Shown here piece by piece: positions 40,216 through 50,646 of a stretch of DNA of 64,000 nucleotides. This DNA is from Opitutales bacterium (GTDB lineage: Bacteria; Verrucomicrobiota; Verrucomicrobiia; Opitutales; UBA953), in NCBI GenBank assembly GCA_040398005.1, contig JBBAUX010000004.1, forward strand, positions 28,257 to 92,256, in the 5' to 3' direction. Under the pieces are notes generated by a model. The model saw only the letters and a list, made by a program, of their open reading frames with translations, was not told where the DNA came from and ran no database searches. The position numbers and the translations under genes were made by a program. The stretch's first letter is position 1. Every line of letters begins with the position of its first letter.

Positions 40216-40608
40216 ATGGCTATGTCGATTAGCCCAGCTATTGTCCTCATTGACGGGGATTGCACGCTCTGTAATCGAACGATGATTTGGTTTAGTGCTC
40301 GAAACCAGAGTAAGCATTTCATTTTTGCCAAAAATGCGGGCGAAGTAGCCCGAATTTTGGGCGAACCTCCCGGGGGTGACAATGATACGGTGGTCGTTTG
40401 GGTTGGCTCTCGTCGATTAGTGCGATCGGCTGCCGTGATTTATCTTTTAAGTAAATCGGACGGCCTTTGGCCCTGGGTCGGTCTGAGCCTAAAAATTATC
40501 CCACGATTCATCCGCGATTTTTTCTACGACGTGGTCGCACGCTCGCGTAGTCGATTAAATTTATCTAAAGTCTGTCCGTGCTTGAGCCATGATGATCTCG
40601 CTGAATAG
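40216..40608 (+). CDS. DCC1/DUF393 thiol-disulfide oxidoreductase family
   Basis: DGDCTLC (DxxCxxC), RSAA and PRFIRDFFYDVVARSR. Confidence 0.85.
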   Translation: MAMSISPAIVLIDGDCTLCNRTMIWFSARNQSKHFIFAKNAGEVARILGEPPGGDNDTVVVWVGSRRLVRSAAVIYLLSKSDGLWPWVGLSLKIIPRFIRDFFYDVVARSRSRLNLSKVCPCLSHDDLAE

Positions 40609-40615
40609 TAAAGCT

Positions 40616-40885
40616 ATGAGATTTTTATTAACGAGCATCGCAGCTTCAGCATTGTTGATGGGTTGCTCCTCTTATCGCGAACGTTCGGAAAAAGAATCCA
40701 TCGACCAGATGCACCGTGATAGTGAAGTTCGCCAAACGCGTTTAAAGTCAGGTAGTTCACTCAATGATAAAGAATATGAAACAGTTTCAGACCGCATGGG
40801 TTGGTCGCGTTCCGATGCGCGCGGTTTACCGCCACCTCCGACGACTGAAGAATTAGAGAAAAAAGTTAAAGCCGCTAATCCCTAA
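40616..40885 (+). CDS. Small putative lipoprotein
   Basis: MRFLLTSIAASALLMG-C lipobox; stop overlaps the next start (TAATG). Confidence 0.65.
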   Translation: MRFLLTSIAASALLMGCSSYRERSEKESIDQMHRDSEVRQTRLKSGSSLNDKEYETVSDRMGWSRSDARGLPPPPTTEELEKKVKAANP

Positions 40886-41808
40886 TGTTTTTGTATGTGT
40901 TAAAAAGGCTGGCGGAAATGGTTCCTGTTCTCCTGCTGGTCGTCATTGCCACTTTTTTCTTAGCTCATGCCGTGCCGGGTGGGCCCTTCGATAAGGAACG
41001 TCCGCTGCCGCCCGAAGTGAAACTACGTCTCGAAGCTTATTATGGTTTGGATCAGCCCCTGGTTATCCAACTTAAGAACTATATTAAAAACTTATTACAG
41101 GGAGATTTAGGGCCTTCGCTGAAATACCCAGGATGGACGGTGAATGAAATTATTGGATCAAGAATCCCTGTTTCTCTTATTTTAGGAACCGTCTCAATTA
41201 TCTTGGCAGTCTTGATTGGAATACCGGTGGGAGTTTTAGCTTCGTCGTACCCTAATTCTTCCTTAGACCGTGTGCCGATGGGCTTTGCCTTATTAGGAAT
41301 CTGCTTACCGGCATTTGTTTTAGGTCCGATTCTTTCTTTATTATTTTCAAAAACTTTAGGTTGGCTTCCTCCTTGTGGCTGGGGTTCACCCATTCACTTG
41401 GTTTTACCTGCGTTGACTTTAGGTTTAATTACCGCCGCACCTTTGGCGCGTCTGACGCGCGGTGAGTTATTGGAAGTGGGCCAACTAGATTATATTCGCA
41501 CCGCAAAGGCCAAAGGCATTTCGCCTTTCCGTGTAAGATTCATTCACGTTTTAAGAAATGGCATTCTGCCGGTGGTGACTTACCTGGGTCCAGCGACTGC
41601 CGCCTTAGTTTCCGGAACTTTCGTAGTAGAATCCTTATTCGATGTGCCTGGCTTGGGACGTTTATTTGTGACCGCGATTATTAACCGCGACATCACGCTT
41701 ATCTTGGGGACCACTTTAATTTACGCCGTGGCGTTGTTGGTCTTAAACTTAATTGCCGACTTGGTTAAAGCGGCGCTCGATCCGCGCTTATTGCGCAAAA
41801 ACACATGA
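40885..41808 (+). CDS. oppB: Oligopeptide ABC transporter permease
   Basis: PGGPF, YGLDQP, GDLGPS, DYIRTAKAKG and VESLFDVPGLGR. Confidence 0.88.
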   Translation: MFLYVLKRLAEMVPVLLLVVIATFFLAHAVPGGPFDKERPLPPEVKLRLEAYYGLDQPLVIQLKNYIKNLLQGDLGPSLKYPGWTVNEIIGSRIPVSLILGTVSIILAVLIGIPVGVLASSYPNSSLDRVPMGFALLGICLPAFVLGPILSLLFSKTLGWLPPCGWGSPIHLVLPALTLGLITAAPLARLTRGELLEVGQLDYIRTAKAKGISPFRVRFIHVLRNGILPVVTYLGPATAALVSGTFVVESLFDVPGLGRLFVTAIINRDITLILGTTLIYAVALLVLNLIADLVKAALDPRLLRKNT

Positions 41809-42668
41809 GTGAATTAGCCCTAGATACGGCGGCACCCGCGACTCTTTGGCAGAGATTCACGCGAAAGTCGTTACCGCTTTTGGCCTTAGGTTTCTTGGTG
41901 ATTTTAGCGACCGTCTGCTTTCTTTCTCCGTGGATTTCGCCCTACGATTATAAATCACAAAATTTATTATTAGGCCCCACCAGTCCGTCCGCTCAACATT
42001 GGTTTGGGACGGATTTATTAGGTCGTGATTTATTGTCCCGCGTTCTGCAAGGTGGCTTAATCTCGATTACCGTTGGTTTGATTGCTACGCTGGTCGCCTT
42101 ATTCGTCGGAGTGATTTATGGCATCGTGGCAGCGGAGCTGGGTGGTCGCTTCGAAGATCTTTCGATGCGGGTGATTGATATCATCAGCACGCTTCCGTTA
42201 ACCCTGATTGTGGTTTTATGTACGGTCGTTTTTGGACAAAATATTTGGCTAATCTTTTTGGCGGTGGGTGGAGTCTCTTGGCTGACGATGGCACGCATTA
42301 TTTGCACGAAGACGCGTCAGCTGAAGAGCCGGCAATTTGTCGATGCCTCGGTCGCTTTAGGTCAATCCCGACTAGGAATTATTTTACATCATTATCTTCC
42401 CAACCTTGCGGGCACCATCGCCGTTTACGCGACGCTGACGATTCCGAATGTATTAATGCTCGAAGCCTTTGTGAGCTTCTTGGGCTTGGGTGTTAAGGCG
42501 CCCATGACATCGTGGGGTTTATTAATTAAAGAAGGCACGGATGTGATGGAGCAGTGTCCTTGGCTTTTAATTATCCCTGCCACCACTTTTGCTCTATCAC
42601 TGCTTTCGCTGAGTTATTTAGGTGATGGCTTGCGCGATGCTTTTGACCCGCGTAGTAATAAAAATTAA
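41805..42668 (+). CDS. oppC: Oligopeptide ABC transporter permease
   Basis: HWFGTDLLGRD, HYLPN, SFLGLG..SWG and LGDGLRDAFDPR. Confidence 0.88.
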   Translation: MSELALDTAAPATLWQRFTRKSLPLLALGFLVILATVCFLSPWISPYDYKSQNLLLGPTSPSAQHWFGTDLLGRDLLSRVLQGGLISITVGLIATLVALFVGVIYGIVAAELGGRFEDLSMRVIDIISTLPLTLIVVLCTVVFGQNIWLIFLAVGGVSWLTMARIICTKTRQLKSRQFVDASVALGQSRLGIILHHYLPNLAGTIAVYATLTIPNVLMLEAFVSFLGLGVKAPMTSWGLLIKEGTDVMEQCPWLLIIPATTFALSLLSLSYLGDGLRDAFDPRSNKN

Positions 42669-42670
42669 TC

Positions 42671-42934
42671 ATGCCCCTTCGACGTTATATCGTGATTAAG
42701 TCTGACGGTTCAGAGGGTCAGGAGTTTGAAGTAGATTTACCGAAGGATGCGCCCGACTTCACTTTGCATCCCGTGACCAAGGAGCCCTGTCGTCGGGTGA
42801 TTGATTCACCCAGTCTAACCATTAAGTATGGTGAAGGTGCGATGAAACAATCTGTCTCTGACGAAAAATTGCGCCAAGCCGGTTTTCAGAAATTAGAAAA
42901 AGACGGCGAAGGTGGATGGAACAAAATTAATTAA
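42671..42934 (+). CDS. FmdB-like zinc-ribbon-derived small protein, nearly Cys-free
   Basis: MP..Y....G..FEV...P....HP.T.EP.RRVI pattern matches the FmdB layout without the CxxC pairs. Confidence 0.55.
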   Translation: MPLRRYIVIKSDGSEGQEFEVDLPKDAPDFTLHPVTKEPCRRVIDSPSLTIKYGEGAMKQSVSDEKLRQAGFQKLEKDGEGGWNKIN

Positions 42935-42939
42935 CCCCT

Positions 42940-42970
42940 AAAACGAAACGCCCCGCGGTTGGGCGGGGCG
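42940..42970 (-). terminator. Intrinsic terminator after rpsP
   Basis: CGCCCCGC-6nt-GCGGGGCG, followed on the minus strand by TTTCGTTTT. Confidence 0.7.
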
Positions 42971-43013
42971 AGACGTCGTCAGGGTGAGGCGTTTCCGCCG
43001 TTGAAAAATTTAC

Positions 43014-43268
43014 TTAAGCTTTGGTCGTCGCGCGTGCGCGTTTGACCAGTGACTTAGCGGTGTCGGAAGGCTGAGCTCCGAGTTTGATCCAATGATCAAC
43101 GCGTTCGACGTTGATCACGAGAGGGATGGCTTTGCCGCGTGCGCTTGGGTTGTAGTGACCCAAGACTTCAACGAAGCGACCGTCGCGACGGATGTGTTGT
43201 TCGGCCACAACGAGACGATAGGTCGGCTCGTTTTTGGTTCCGAAGCGTTGGAGGCGAATGCGTAACAT
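43014..43268 (-). CDS. rpsP: 30S ribosomal protein S16
   Basis: MLRIRLQRFG...PTYRLVV...RDGRFVEVLGHYNP...GAQPSDT. Confidence 0.96.
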   Translation of the reverse strand: MLRIRLQRFGTKNEPTYRLVVAEQHIRRDGRFVEVLGHYNPSARGKAIPLVINVERVDHWIKLGAQPSDTAKSLVKRARATTKA

Positions 43269-43502
43269 AAATAAGGAGAAGGTGAGAGAAGGCCTAACTT
43301 GGGTTTAGCCAAAAGAGGAAAGAGAAAAAACGCAGGCGGAGGGAGGGGAGTCAAGCCTGCACCTCCCAAACTGTGCTAATTTATTTAAGGAGTTATTCAC
43401 GATTTAACTAAAAACACGATTTAAGTGCCTAATAATGAACGGCTTCATTCGCTTGAAGTCGCTCATTTAAATTAGTCCATCGGGCAGAATCGGTTGAAAT
43501 AT

Positions 43503-43529
43503 AAAAAAACCCGCCAGAGCGGGTCTTTT
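43503..43529 (-). terminator. Intrinsic terminator after rplS
   Basis: ACCCGC-CAGA-GCGGGT with a T7 tract on the minus strand. Confidence 0.65.
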
Positions 43530-43547
43530 AAAGTTAATCGAAAACGA

Positions 43548-43937
43548 TTACTTAGCAACGGTTTCAGCCGATGGATCGTAACGCTTTTCTTTAACCTTGG
43601 TCGCGGACTTACCTTGGCGACCACGGAGATAGTAGAGACGAGCCTTCATGACTTGTGATACGCGTTCGACTTCGATTTTTTCGATGTTCGGAGAGTGAAC
43701 TGGGAAAGTACGTTCAACGCCTTCGCCGAAAGATACGCGGCGAACGGTGAAGGTCTCTTGAACGTTACCACCCTTGCGGGAGATTACGATACCTGAGAAA
43801 ACCTGCGTGCGCTCTTTGTCGCCTTCGCGAACTTTGGTGGAGACGCGTACGCCGTCACCGACTTTAAATGTGTCGTGACCGCGGTTAGCTTTAAGTTGCG
43901 ACTGGGTCGCGAAGTGGAGGAGGGGATGGTTGCTCAT
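43548..43937 (-). CDS. rplS: 50S ribosomal protein L19
   Basis: [37 protein letters not shown] and ARLYYLR. Start moved to ATG 43937. Confidence 0.96.
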   Translation of the reverse strand: MSNHPLLHFATQSQLKANRGHDTFKVGDGVRVSTKVREGDKERTQVFSGIVISRKGGNVQETFTVRRVSFGEGVERTFPVHSPNIEKIEVERVSQVMKARLYYLRGRQGKSATKVKEKRYDPSAETVAK

Positions 43938-43945
43938 GGCTAGTT

Positions 43946-44626
43946 TTATTTGTCTTCCAGTAGGTCCGGTCTTCGTTGCTTTGTCTTCTCGATTTGCTTT
44001 GTCCGACGCCATTTTTCGATTTCGGCGTGGTGGCCTCCGAGGAGGACCGGGGGCACTTCGAGACCATCATAAACAGCGGGTCTAGTGTACTGCGGAAAGG
44101 CGAGCAACTTGCCGTTGTAGCTATCCCCAGTCAAGGAGTTTTCCTCACCAAGTACCCCGGGGATCTGCCGACCGACACAATCGACCACAATACAGGCCGG
44201 AAGGGTGCCATTGGTTAACACGTAGTCCCCCACCGATATTTCACGGGTAACGCGGGCATCCCGGAAGCGCTGGTCGATACCCTCGTAGTGGCCAGAAACG
44301 AGGATTAAGTGGGACTTCTTGGCTAATTCGCGGGCTAAATCGTTGGTCAGTTGCTCGCCATCGGGGCAAAGGTAGATGATTTCGGCCCCAGGGGTGGCCA
44401 GGCCATCCACGGCATCAAACAGGGGCTGGCAGGTCATTAACATGCCGGGACCCCCGCCGTAAGGGACATCGTCCACTTTGTGATGTTTATCTTTCGACCA
44501 GTCGCGAAGGTTATGGGCTTTGAACTCAATCAGCCCTGTTTCAATGGCACGACCAATGACCGATTCCTGCAAGAAGCCGTTGGCCATTGCAGGGAAGAGA
44601 GTGATGAGATCGATGCGCACAGCCAT
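43946..44626 (-). CDS. trmD: tRNA (guanine37-N1)-methyltransferase
   Basis: [31 protein letters not shown] and PQYTRP. Start moved to ATG 44626. Confidence 0.96.
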   Translation of the reverse strand: MAVRIDLITLFPAMANGFLQESVIGRAIETGLIEFKAHNLRDWSKDKHHKVDDVPYGGGPGMLMTCQPLFDAVDGLATPGAEIIYLCPDGEQLTNDLARELAKKSHLILVSGHYEGIDQRFRDARVTREISVGDYVLTNGTLPACIVVDCVGRQIPGVLGEENSLTGDSYNGKLLAFPQYTRPAVYDGLEVPPVLLGGHHAEIEKWRRTKQIEKTKQRRPDLLEDK

Positions 44627-44807
44627 ACGATTGAATACACTAACCACGAATAGCCCTCACAGTGCAAGACGTGGATTTGATTAAATTTTAAAGTGTTTAA
44701 ATTAAGAGAGAAAGTAGCCAATTAGTTTGTGGATTTATAAAGATTTAGGAATTTGACCCTTTCACCTTCTCCCTTCCTCCTCTTCATTATCCCAATAATT
44801 CAATTTA

Positions 44808-46298
44808 ATGCCTTCGCCTTTCGATAATCTTTTGCCGCGTTACGATGCCGTCGTGATTGGCGCTGGTTTAGGTGGAATGACCGCCGCTAATAATTTAGCG
44901 AAATTTGGTCGAAAGGTTTTATTGGTTGAGCACCACTATCAATTAGGTGGATTGGCGACATTCTTCAAACGCGCGGGTGGACATATTTTTGATATTTCTC
45001 TGCACGGCTTTCCCCACGGCATGATTAAGTCCACTCGACGTTATTGGTCGAAGGAGATTTCGGATAAGATTCATCAACTCAAAGATGTTCGCTTTATTAA
45101 TCCCGATTTCGACGTCCGTACCACTTTCGACCGCGTTGATTTTACGCGTATCATGATCGAGCAATTTAGAATCTCCGCAGAAACAGTGGAGGCATTTTTT
45201 GCTCATTTAAGAGAGATGAATTATTACGATAACGATCCGCGCACCACGCGAGAGTTGTTTGAGCAGTTCTTCCCGGGTCGACCTGATGTGCAGCGTCTTC
45301 TCTTGGAGCCGATTGCTTACGCTAACGGTTCAACTTTAGACGACCCCGCCATTACCTTCGGCATTGTTTTCTCCAATTTCATGTCCAAGGGCGTCTTTAT
45401 TTTTCAAGGCGGCACGGACACGATGATTAATATTATGACGGCAGAGATGAAAGCGAATGGCGTAGATATTCGCCGTAACGTCTTGGTTGAAAAAGTGGTC
45501 GTCGAAAAAGATTCGGCCGGCGTGCGTCGCGTGGTGGGAGTCAAATTGCGCGGTACGCGCCTTGGCGAAGAAGCTGAAGTCGACTGTGCAACGGTCATAT
45601 CGAATGCTAATATTAAAGATACGGTTTTAAAACTCAGCGACGCCTCGTCTTTTGATGCGGACTTTTTAGCCCAAGCTAAAGCGGTCCGTGTGAATACCTC
45701 TTCTTGTCAGGTCTACATGGGTATCCGTGAAGGAGAAAGTATTCCGATGATTGGAGATTTAGTTTTCACGTCATCGGCCAAACCCTTTTCCAGTCACGAG
45801 CTTACGGATTTCCATACAACGTCTCGCACTTATTCGGTTTATTATCCCGACACGCGTCCGCACACCAAGACTCCACGCTACGGAGTCGTTACCTCGATTA
45901 ATCAACGCTGGGAAGATTGGGTAGATTTATCGGAGGCAGATTATCTGACGCATAAAAATCGCGTGATTGAAGAGTCGTTGGTTGGACTCGAAAAATTTAT
46001 TCCGGATATTCGTCAAAAGGTTAATCACTTGGAAGCAGCGACCCCGCGCACGGTGAATCGCTATGTCCGACATATCGGTGGAACTTCATTTGGAACCAAG
46101 TTTGAAGGACTCAAAGTGTCGATGGGCCTACCCGAACAAGTGGCTGGTTTATATCACGCCGGCAGCGTGGGTATTATTATGTCAGGTTGGCTCGGCACGA
46201 TTAATTACGGTGTGATTGTTTCCGCCAAGGCCGATTCTTATTTACGCGATCCTTTAGCAAAACCCTTAGGCGAAGCCGAAGCGAGCGCTGGAGTTTAA
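44808..46298 (+). CDS. FAD-dependent oxidoreductase, phytoene desaturase-like
   Basis: VVIGAGLGG dinucleotide fold, [16 protein letters not shown] and GLYHAGS. Confidence 0.75.
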   Translation: MPSPFDNLLPRYDAVVIGAGLGGMTAANNLAKFGRKVLLVEHHYQLGGLATFFKRAGGHIFDISLHGFPHGMIKSTRRYWSKEISDKIHQLKDVRFINPDFDVRTTFDRVDFTRIMIEQFRISAETVEAFFAHLREMNYYDNDPRTTRELFEQFFPGRPDVQRLLLEPIAYANGSTLDDPAITFGIVFSNFMSKGVFIFQGGTDTMINIMTAEMKANGVDIRRNVLVEKVVVEKDSAGVRRVVGVKLRGTRLGEEAEVDCATVISNANIKDTVLKLSDASSFDADFLAQAKAVRVNTSSCQVYMGIREGESIPMIGDLVFTSSAKPFSSHELTDFHTTSRTYSVYYPDTRPHTKTPRYGVVTSINQRWEDWVDLSEADYLTHKNRVIEESLVGLEKFIPDIRQKVNHLEAATPRTVNRYVRHIGGTSFGTKFEGLKVSMGLPEQVAGLYHAGSVGIIMSGWLGTINYGVIVSAKADSYLRDPLAKPLGEAEASAGV

Positions 46299-46299
46299 A

Positions 46300-47403
46300 A
46301 TGAATTACCTCACTCTCATACTCATTGGATTAGCTTCGGTCTTGCCCGCGCGTGAACTGACTTTTTATGTCGGCACTTTAGGGCCCGAAGCAAAAGGCAT
46401 TTGGCGTGGAACTCTCGATGAGCAGACCGGAAAAATATCCGCCCCTGTTTTACTTGCGGAAATTAAGAACGCTTCATTTTTAGCGCTTCGACCTGATGGG
46501 CAGACCCTTTATGCGACGACTGAAATGTCTGATGGCTCAGGCGGAGTCGCCGCTTTCAAACTAAATGCTGATGGCACAGTAAAATTATTAAACTCTCAAA
46601 CGACGGGAGGAAAAAATTGTAATCACCTCGCGGTGGATGCGACGGGAAAAAATTGTGCCGCTGCTAATTACGGTTCGGGTTCGGTGGCTTCTTTGCCCAT
46701 CAAGGTTGATGGATCACTCGCTGAGTTTAGTACATTCATTCAACATGAGGGTAAAAGTGTTCATCCGACGCGTCAGACGAGTCCGCATGCCCACGGAGTT
46801 TATTTTGATGCCACCAATCAATTTCTCGCGGTACCCGATTTAGGACTCGATCAAATTAAAGTGTACCGATTCGACGCGGATGGCGGAAAACTGAGTCCCG
46901 CTGATTCCGTAAGTGCGATTCAGAAACCAGGCGACGCTCCGCGCCATTTAGTTTTTCATCCAACTCAACCACGGGCTTATGCTTGCAATGAGTTAGCGCT
47001 CACGGTGACGGCTTTTCATTTTGATGTAAAAACGGGTGCGTTAAATCCGTTTCAAGTGATCGACACTTTACCTGCCTCAGCTGAACGTAAAGGTGCTTCA
47101 ACGGCTGAGATATTTTGTAGTCCGAATGGCAAGAATCTTTACGTTTCCAATCGGATTCATGATTCCATCGCCGTCTACTCGATCGGCACGGATGGTTCGT
47201 TGAAATTGATTCAGCATCAAATGAGTGTACCCGCAACCCCTCGCGGATTTGGTCTCTCGCCTGACGGACAATGGTTGGTATGTGCTGGGCAAAAATCGGG
47301 CACAGTGAACGCCTACCGGATTAATCCCGAGTCGGGCATGCTCACCGACACCCAGCAAGCCGTGAAGGTTGGGTCGGCTAGTTGCGTTGTTTTTGCCAAA
47401 TAG
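46300..47403 (+). CDS. Secreted 6-phosphogluconolactonase-family beta-propeller lactonase
   Basis: ANYGSG, RQTSPHAH, PDLGLD, PRH, YVSNR and PRGF; signal peptide. Confidence 0.85.
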   Translation: MNYLTLILIGLASVLPARELTFYVGTLGPEAKGIWRGTLDEQTGKISAPVLLAEIKNASFLALRPDGQTLYATTEMSDGSGGVAAFKLNADGTVKLLNSQTTGGKNCNHLAVDATGKNCAAANYGSGSVASLPIKVDGSLAEFSTFIQHEGKSVHPTRQTSPHAHGVYFDATNQFLAVPDLGLDQIKVYRFDADGGKLSPADSVSAIQKPGDAPRHLVFHPTQPRAYACNELALTVTAFHFDVKTGALNPFQVIDTLPASAERKGASTAEIFCSPNGKNLYVSNRIHDSIAVYSIGTDGSLKLIQHQMSVPATPRGFGLSPDGQWLVCAGQKSGTVNAYRINPESGMLTDTQQAVKVGSASCVVFAK

Positions 47404-47512
47404 GCCGAAATCCCTTCATTGGTTTAATTGGGAGCGCAGTGTTTGGCCAAATAAAGTGGCAACCTTTTGGCTGGATGAGTGTTATACTAAGTAGCATATT
47501 AGCTAACAAATC

Positions 47513-50500
47513 ATGCCCCGATTTTTAGTTTATAATATTATTATTTTTTTACTGGGCGGAGTCGTGGCTATTTACGCCGCGCCCAGTTCGGAATTACCGC
47601 TCATCGCGCAAAAGGCTTTAGAGCAAAGCCAGACTAATTTTAGTGCGAGTGATTTAGAATTTTTTGAAAAAAATATCCGTCCGATTTTATCTGACCGTTG
47701 TTTTAAATGTCACTCCGCCCAAGAAGGCGTTTCGAAAGGTGGATTAATTATGGACACACGTGCGGGCTTGTTAGCGGGTGGCGATACGGGTGCGGCTATC
47801 GTGCCAAATAATATTGAGAAATCACTTTTAATCACAGCGGTTCATCAGACGGATCCTGATTTGTCGATGCCTCCCAAAAAAGGTGGGGCTAAATTACCTG
47901 ATGCCCAAATCGCTTTGCTCGAAAAATGGGTTAAGATGGGTGCCCCTGCACCGGTGGGCGCGGGAGCTGTTAAATTAACTGGCTTATCCCAAAAAGCACG
48001 GGACCACTGGGCGTTTAAATCTTTTACGAAACCTGCTTTACCGAAAGTGAGTAACGAAGCTTGGTGTCAGAATGAAATCGATTATTTTGTTTTAGCTAAA
48101 TTGGACGAGCAGGGATTAAAGCCATCGACTCCTACCGATGGTGAATCGCTGTTGCGACGACTGAACTATGATTTAATTGGCCTGCCTCCTTCTAATACGG
48201 AGGTTGAAACCTTCAGTCGCGATTACACTAATGCCAGCGCGGTAGATTCGTATTTACTACAGAATAATAAACCCGCGCATGCCGTAACAGATCTGGTCGA
48301 AAAGACGGTCAATCGATTATTAGCGTCGCCACAATACGGTGAACGTTGGGCGCGACATTGGTTAGATTCAGCTCGGTACGCTGACACCCCAGGTAATGGT
48401 ATTAAACGCGGCGAGGCTTACGCCAATGCTTGGACTTACCGTGATTATGTGATCGATGCATTTAATCAGGATAAGCCTTACGATCAATTTATCGTTGAAC
48501 AGTTGGCCGCTGACCGCCTGCCTAACCTCGCTAAGGATGATCCCCGTTTAGCTGCTCTTGGTTTCATCACGGTCGGCAAACGTTTTGAAAATAATGATGA
48601 TACGATTGACGAAAGAATTGATACGACGACGAAAGCCTTTCTGGGTCTCACCGTATCTTGTGCCCGTTGCCATGACCATAAATTTGATCCGATTCCCACG
48701 GCAGACTACTACTCCCTGCACGGTATTTTTGCTTCAACCTCTGAGCCGTTAGATGAGCCGATGATTAAGACAACGCGTATCCCCAGTGCAACTGAGCGGG
48801 CGGATTTTGATAAAAAAATGAAGGACTTGGTAGAGTCGAACGCGCGTGGTTATTATCGTTACATCCGCGCGCAATTGGCGACCTTGCACAAAGATTTTGC
48901 CGGCCGAGCTTTATCTGCGATGGCCGGATTTAAATCTACGCGTTCTGCAGATTTACAGAAGACTTATAATTTCGCGCTCGTTCGCGAGGTCGATACTTCC
49001 ATCATTATCAATAAAATTTCGCCCATCACGGCGCCACTATTTCATCTGCAAAGAATATCAGCCGAGCAATTTGAAGAAAAGGCACCTCAGGTTATCGCTA
49101 ATGTTTTAGCCGATAAAAAAGTTTCGATTAATCCGTTCGTGGCCGAGGCTTTAGTGAATTTAAAACCCAAGACGATTGACGATGTCGCTTTAGCCTACCA
49201 AGCGATGTTCAAAAAATACAGTTTGCAGATTGATAAACACCTCGACCTGCGGAGTACGCCGGGGCGGGCCGGGGAGAAGGATAATCCCGATATTATTCAG
49301 CTCGCGGCTTGGCCGTGGCCTTTGCCTAGTTATGAAGACATTGCGACTACACCAAAAATTCTTTCGTTAATCAATACACGTAGTTTTTGTTATGCCTGGC
49401 AGGATAAGCCGAATTTTATAAACAATAAAATTCCCGAAAAATATTTTCGCTTTAAAGAAATTAATGTTTTGGAACTTACTCACTCGGGTGGAGTAGGAAA
49501 AGCCATGGCAGTGGCCGATGTCGTTAGTCCCAAAAACAGTAATGTATTTTTAAGGGGCGATCGTAATAAGCGCGGGCCAGTCGTCGCCCGACAGTTCTTG
49601 GAAATTCTTTCTGGTCCGACTCGCGTTCCCTTTACCCAAGGTAGTGGTCGAGCTGAGTTAGCTCAAGCGATCGCGAGCCCAACCAATCCTCTGACGGCAC
49701 GCGTTCTGGTGAACCGTGTGTGGATGCAACACTTTGGAGCGGGTATTGTGAGTTCACCGGATGATTTGGGAAATATGTCCGAAAAGCCAACTCACCCCGA
49801 ATTGTTAAATTGGTTAGCGGTGCAATTTGTGGAGAACGGCTGGTCGATGAAAAATCTCCATCGCAAAATGCTCACTTCACAGACCTATCGACAGTCAGCC
49901 AATCCAACGGCGAATCCGATGTTTGCCAGTCGTGTTGACAGTAATCCAAATAAAATTGATGCCGGAAATAAATACCTCTGGCGCTCTAATTTACGTCGAC
50001 TGGATTTCGAAAGTATTCGCGATGCACTCATTATGCTCACCGGAAAGATGGATTCCAAGGTCGGTGGCCGTCCGGTGAATATCACCGATGATCCTTTGAG
50101 CTATCGTCGAAGTATTTATGGTTTTATCGATCGTGAACACTTGAGCGATTTACAGTCCCAGTTTGATTTCTCGGATCCGGACATGCCCAACTCTCGTCGA
50201 AATTCTACCATCGTTCCTCAGCAGGCTTTATTCTTCATGAATAATCTATTGTCGGTTGAAGCAGCGCGAGCGGTGGCCGCGCGTCCGGAAGTAGTGGGAG
50301 CGATTAACGATGATGCTCGAATCACAACCCTTTACCGAATCATGTTTCAAAGAACACCGAAGTCTGATGAGGCACGTATGGCCAAGGAGTTTATCAAAAA
50401 AGTCACGGGTGTTACGGCTGAATCAGTCACTGCTCAACCCACTAAAGGTGAGAAAAAAAAGTTAGCTAAAGAGGCCCCTGAGCCGATTGAAAATCCTGCC

Positions 50501-50629
50501 GTCACCACGAAAATTGAGGGCGGAGTCATGAAGAATTTAGGGGTTAGAACTTCGCGAGCCAAGGTTTCGCCTTGGGAAATGCTCGCCCAGGCTATGATAT
50601 GTTCGAACGAATTTGTTTATCTCGATTAA
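47513..50629 (+). CDS. Planctomycete-type cytochrome c / DUF1549-DUF1553 protein
   Basis: CFKCH and CARCHDHKFDP heme motifs, YGERWARHWLD, NPLTARVLVNRVW, PTHPELL and VPQQALF. Confidence 0.88.
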   Translation: MPRFLVYNIIIFLLGGVVAIYAAPSSELPLIAQKALEQSQTNFSASDLEFFEKNIRPILSDRCFKCHSAQEGVSKGGLIMDTRAGLLAGGDTGAAIVPNNIEKSLLITAVHQTDPDLSMPPKKGGAKLPDAQIALLEKWVKMGAPAPVGAGAVKLTGLSQKARDHWAFKSFTKPALPKVSNEAWCQNEIDYFVLAKLDEQGLKPSTPTDGESLLRRLNYDLIGLPPSNTEVETFSRDYTNASAVDSYLLQNNKPAHAVTDLVEKTVNRLLASPQYGERWARHWLDSARYADTPGNGIKRGEAYANAWTYRDYVIDAFNQDKPYDQFIVEQLAADRLPNLAKDDPRLAALGFITVGKRFENNDDTIDERIDTTTKAFLGLTVSCARCHDHKFDPIPTADYYSLHGIFASTSEPLDEPMIKTTRIPSATERADFDKKMKDLVESNARGYYRYIRAQLATLHKDFAGRALSAMAGFKSTRSADLQKTYNFALVREVDTSIIINKISPITAPLFHLQRISAEQFEEKAPQVIANVLADKKVSINPFVAEALVNLKPKTIDDVALAYQAMFKKYSLQIDKHLDLRSTPGRAGEKDNPDIIQLAAWPWPLPSYEDIATTPKILSLINTRSFCYAWQDKPNFINNKIPEKYFRFKEINVLELTHSGGVGKAMAVADVVSPKNSNVFLRGDRNKRGPVVARQFLEILSGPTRVPFTQGSGRAELAQAIASPTNPLTARVLVNRVWMQHFGAGIVSSPDDLGNMSEKPTHPELLNWLAVQFVENGWSMKNLHRKMLTSQTYRQSANPTANPMFASRVDSNPNKIDAGNKYLWRSNLRRLDFESIRDALIMLTGKMDSKVGGRPVNITDDPLSYRRSIYGFIDREHLSDLQSQFDFSDPDMPNSRRNSTIVPQQALFFMNNLLSVEAARAVAARPEVVGAINDDARITTLYRIMFQRTPKSDEARMAKEFIKKVTGVTAESVTAQPTKGEKKKLAKEAPEPIENPAVTTKIEGGVMKNLGVRTSRAKVSPWEMLAQAMICSNEFVYLD

Positions 50630-50646
50630 CCCACTATCATTAAAAT

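Noticed and set aside
43370..43500. AT-rich gap between rplS and rpsP as an sRNA or rimM remnant
   Set aside because: No ORF remnant or convincing structure is recognisable by eye.
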